Positions 61,092-64,000 of a stretch of 64,000 nucleotides of DNA are shown here, piece by piece. The stretch covers positions 20,737-84,736 of the forward strand of contig JBAZJW010000001.1 of NCBI GenBank assembly GCA_041651055.1, in the 5' to 3' direction. The notes beneath the pieces are model-generated. The model had not been told where the DNA came from and made no database searches. It saw nothing but the letters and a program-made list of their open reading frames with translations. The translations under genes were made by a program, and so were the position numbers. Position 1 is the stretch's first letter. Each line of letters opens with the position of its first letter. The DNA comes from Minisyncoccota bacterium. Its GTDB lineage: Bacteria > Patescibacteriota > Minisyncoccia > Phycocordibacterales > UBA5272.

Positions 61092-62426
61092 ATGAATATG
61101 TTTTCTTTTTTCACACCTAAACAAGAACGGGTTTATTTGGATAACGCAGGGGCGACACCTCTTTCTGCTAGATCACAAACAGCGCTCACAGAATCTCTTT
61201 CTTTATATGGTAATCCATCAGGGATTCATAAAGAAGGGACGCAAGCTGGACTGCTGCTCGATAAGGCACGCGTACTCTGTGCGAATGTGCTCAATGCTCA
61301 TGCGTATGAGATTTATTTTGTAGGAACTGGAACAGAATCCTGCAATCTCGCAGTTTTGGGTACGTATGAGGGGTATAAGAAACAAGAAGTAAGAAGTATG
61401 GAGCAAGAAACTCCTGACGAAGAACGAAGAACGAAGAACGAGTTGCCTCATGTAATTGTTTCTACCATTGAACATCCAGCGGTACTGGAGCCAATTAGAA
61501 AACTCGAGAGAGAAAAAAAGATTCGTGTTACGTACCTTCCTGTTTATGAAAATGGCATTGTAAAAGTAAAGGATATACGTGATGTATTATGTGAAGAAAC
61601 TATTTTGGTTTCTGTTATGTATGCGAATAATGAAATAGGAACTATACAGCCAGTAAAAGAAATTGGTCGCGCCCTTGAAGAATGGAAAAAGGAACAGAAT
61701 CGCACGCATACCGCGTATCCATATTTTCATATCGATGCATGTCAGGCGGCGAATTATTGTAATCTCGATGTGGTACGGTTGCGCGCTCATTTGATGACGG
61801 TAAATAGTAGCAAGGTCTACGGTCCGAAAGGCGTAGCACTTTTATATAAACGTGAAGGAGTGAAGATTGAAGCACTTACGCACGGTGGTGGGCAAGAACG
61901 AGCCCTACGGAGTGGCACAGAGTCTGCGCCACTTGCGTACGCATTCGGTGTCGCGCTCAAAGAATCTCATGATATGAAAGAAGTGGAGTCTGTTCGACTA
62001 CGCATGCTTCGCGATGCATGTAAAAAAGAATTACAGCAAGCACTTCCAGATATTACATTTTATGGAGCGTGGGATGAGGGAAGACTTCAGACAACAGACG
62101 ACAGACAACAGAAGAGTCCAACAACACACGAAGAACGAAGAACAAAGAACGAGTTCAGACTACCAAATAACATTAATTGCCGGGTGCCGGGAATATCGTC
62201 GGAGGAAATGATTCTCAGGTTGGATGCGAAAGGGTTCGCAGTCTCACACAAGAGCGCATGTGCTTCTTCTGAAACAGACGGTAGTTATGTGGTGCAAGCA
62301 CTCGGTGCGTCAGAAGAAGAGTCTCTCGAGAATGTGCGCATTACACTTGGCCGTGCTACTTCAATGCAAGACCTGCACAGATTGGTGGAAGCAATGAAAG
62401 AGATTGTAATTAAATACAGGAAGTAA
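61092..62426 (+). CDS. Cysteine desulfurase (IscS/NifS type) with two repeat-derived insertions
   Basis: YLDNAGATP, EHPAV, NNEIGTIQP, H.DACQA, K.YGPKG, GGGQE..LRSGT, SAC. Confidence 0.93.
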   Translation: MNMFSFFTPKQERVYLDNAGATPLSARSQTALTESLSLYGNPSGIHKEGTQAGLLLDKARVLCANVLNAHAYEIYFVGTGTESCNLAVLGTYEGYKKQEVRSMEQETPDEERRTKNELPHVIVSTIEHPAVLEPIRKLEREKKIRVTYLPVYENGIVKVKDIRDVLCEETILVSVMYANNEIGTIQPVKEIGRALEEWKKEQNRTHTAYPYFHIDACQAANYCNLDVVRLRAHLMTVNSSKVYGPKGVALLYKREGVKIEALTHGGGQERALRSGTESAPLAYAFGVALKESHDMKEVESVRLRMLRDACKKELQQALPDITFYGAWDEGRLQTTDDRQQKSPTTHEERRTKNEFRLPNNINCRVPGISSEEMILRLDAKGFAVSHKSACASSETDGSYVVQALGASEEESLENVRITLGRATSMQDLHRLVEAMKEIVIKYRK

Positions 62427-62872
62427 TTAGTTATTAGTAATTGGTAATTAGTTGAAATACAAACAAATTAAAGTGGTATACTTTTCTTATGAAGACATTT
62501 AAAGATTTAGATGTTTGGCGGAGGTCTGTTTCTTTTGCAACTGATATTTATAGCGTAACTAAAACTTTTCCTAAAGAAGAAACGTATGGTTTAGTTTCTC
62601 AGTTACGAAGAGCTGGAGTTTCGATTGCTTCAAATATTGCAGAAGATAGCAAGAAAGGGAAGAAAGAATTTTCTCATTTTATTAAAATCTCACAAGGTTC
62701 TGGTGCAGAAATAGAAACTCAATTAATAATTGCTAAAAATTTAAATTATATAAAAGAGAATGATTTTGATAGACTAATTACTGAATTAGAATCAATTATG
62801 AGAATGCTTACAAATCTCTATAAATCTGTAGCTGAGGTTAACTAATTACCAATTACTAATAACTAATTACTT
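62421..62872. mobile_element. Four-helix-bundle gene cassette bounded by perfect 33-bp inverted repeats
   Basis: 62421-62453 is the exact reverse complement of 62840-62872; mobility is inferred. Confidence 0.65.
62489..62845 (+). CDS. Four helix bundle protein (23S rRNA IVP family)
   Basis: FKDLDVW, FPKEE.YGL.SQLRRA..SI.SNIAE, GS..E..TQL. Confidence 0.92.
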   Translation: MKTFKDLDVWRRSVSFATDIYSVTKTFPKEETYGLVSQLRRAGVSIASNIAEDSKKGKKEFSHFIKISQGSGAEIETQLIIAKNLNYIKENDFDRLITELESIMRMLTNLYKSVAEVN

Positions 62873-62879
62873 TTAAAAT

Positions 62880-63440
62880 ATGTATACACCAAAAGATTTT
62901 TCATCGTTACTCGGGCTTGCAGGTATGAGTGATGCCATGCTTACCAATCACTTCACCTTGTATCAAGGATACGTGACCAATACCAACAAACTCGCAGACC
63001 TTTTGAAAGACAAAGAAGCGGGGACACCAGAGTACGCAGAACTTCACCGTCGCTTTGGATGGGAATGGAATGGTATGCGACTTCATGAGCTTTACTTTGG
63101 AAACCTCGTGAAAGGAGGAGTGAATTTAAGTGATAGAATTTTGAAACAAAAAATTGAAAGCACATGGGGGTCTGTCGAAAACTGGCAAAAAGAATTCGTT
63201 GGCATGGCCGCTATGCGTGGTATCGGATGGGTTATTCTTTCTCATGATAAGCGTGAAGGAAAACTTTTCAATGTATGGGTGAACGAACACGATGCCGGAC
63301 ATCTAGCAGGTGCGACACTGCTTCTTGTGATGGATGTGTTTGAACATGCGTACATGACGGATTACGGAATAAAGCGCGCGGATTATATCAATGCGTTTAT
63401 GTCAGCAATCGATTGGCACGCAGTGGAGGAAAGACTATAA
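62880..63440 (+). CDS. Fe/Mn superoxide dismutase family protein
   Basis: H..LY.GYV, LHELYF, GIGW and DVFEHAY motifs. Confidence 0.9.
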   Translation: MYTPKDFSSLLGLAGMSDAMLTNHFTLYQGYVTNTNKLADLLKDKEAGTPEYAELHRRFGWEWNGMRLHELYFGNLVKGGVNLSDRILKQKIESTWGSVENWQKEFVGMAAMRGIGWVILSHDKREGKLFNVWVNEHDAGHLAGATLLLVMDVFEHAYMTDYGIKRADYINAFMSAIDWHAVEERL

Positions 63441-63548
63441 AATAGTTAGGGGTTAACAGTTAGGAGTTAGGAGTTGATGCAAAATAAAAGATAGTAATCG
63501 TGACCAAAAAATACTATCACATACGAGGCTTAATCATATACTTACATT

Positions 63549-63890
63549 ATGTTTCAATTCATATATAATCCAATGTTTGCATGGCCGTTAGTGGTGACGG
63601 CAACTATTGTTGAGACTATTTGGTTTGTCGTACTAAAGAAATCTGGAGGGTTAGAAGTTTGGCCGTATAACTTACTAAGTATAATTATTGTGCTGATAGA
63701 TTTGCCTCTCCTATCGATTGCCATGAAGACTATCCCATCTGGATCTGTTTACGCTTTTTGGACAGGAGTTTCTGCTATTTGTATAACCGCTCTTGGAATT
63801 TACTTTTTCCATGAGCCTGTAACTTTTTGGAGATTATTTTTTATTGGTGTGGCTGTGCTTGGTGTGGTCGGTTTACAACTTAACTCATAA
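63549..63890 (+). CDS. SMR family small multidrug transporter
   Basis: 4 TMs; TM1 Glu; AMKTIP...YA.WTG; FHEP. Confidence 0.85.
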   Translation: MFQFIYNPMFAWPLVVTATIVETIWFVVLKKSGGLEVWPYNLLSIIIVLIDLPLLSIAMKTIPSGSVYAFWTGVSAICITALGIYFFHEPVTFWRLFFIGVAVLGVVGLQLNS

Positions 63891-63892
63891 TT

Positions 63893-64000
63893 ATGAACAT
63901 AGTTTTAGCTGGGTCGATGGTATTTTTTGAAAAGATGCAGGAGATAAAACGAGAACTGGAATCTAAAGGTCATCATGTCGTCGCTCCAGTATTTTCAAAA
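63893..64000 (+). CDS. Partial ORF (MNIVLAGSM...), truncated by the window end
   Basis: Open to the window edge. Confidence 0.5.
   Translation, partial: MNIVLAGSMVFFEKMQEIKRELESKGHHVVAPVFSK

Noticed and set aside
62489-62845. Diversity-generating retroelement (four-helix-bundle proteins resemble Avd)
   Set aside because: No reverse transcriptase or TR/VR pair seen in the window.
63441-63548. Guanidine riboswitch upstream of the SMR gene
   Set aside because: No recognisable class I-IV motifs such as tandem ACGR hairpins.

Overview
Bacterial chromosomal window whose compact core genes (short RpoB, IF-2 lacking its N-domain, Rel lacking the ACT domain), many ORFans and apparently leaderless promoters suggest a Patescibacteria/CPR (Parcubacteria-like) genome; the taxonomy is inferred. 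Core genes include rpoB-rpoC, dnaG-rpoD, obgE, gatB, miaA, parB, rel, topA-dprA, infB-rbfA, an iscS-like gene and sod. There are five tRNAs (Leu-CAA, Cys-GCA, Lys-CTT, Leu-TAA, Leu-TAG) and a ~15.2 kb island at tRNA-Leu(TAA) carrying a serine recombinase, a membrane-anchored HerA-like ATPase and a type I R-M system. Main observation: every tRNA is followed by a modular non-coding element tailored to that tRNA. It consists of an antisense copy of the tRNA 3' end split by a 25-nt insert (9-bp covarying stem, CTGC loop), at the same tRNA position in the four copies that align, then a conserved long hairpin and one or more direct copies of the T-arm. Two tRNAs also carry a conserved, tailored 5' element. 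The island separates tRNA-Leu(TAA) from its element and swaps the C-terminus of its own recombinase. Several small repeat families also occur, including heptamer-based inverted repeats around a four-helix-bundle gene and a ~23-nt insert found in terminators and in-frame in rpoB and miaA. All alignments were done by eye.
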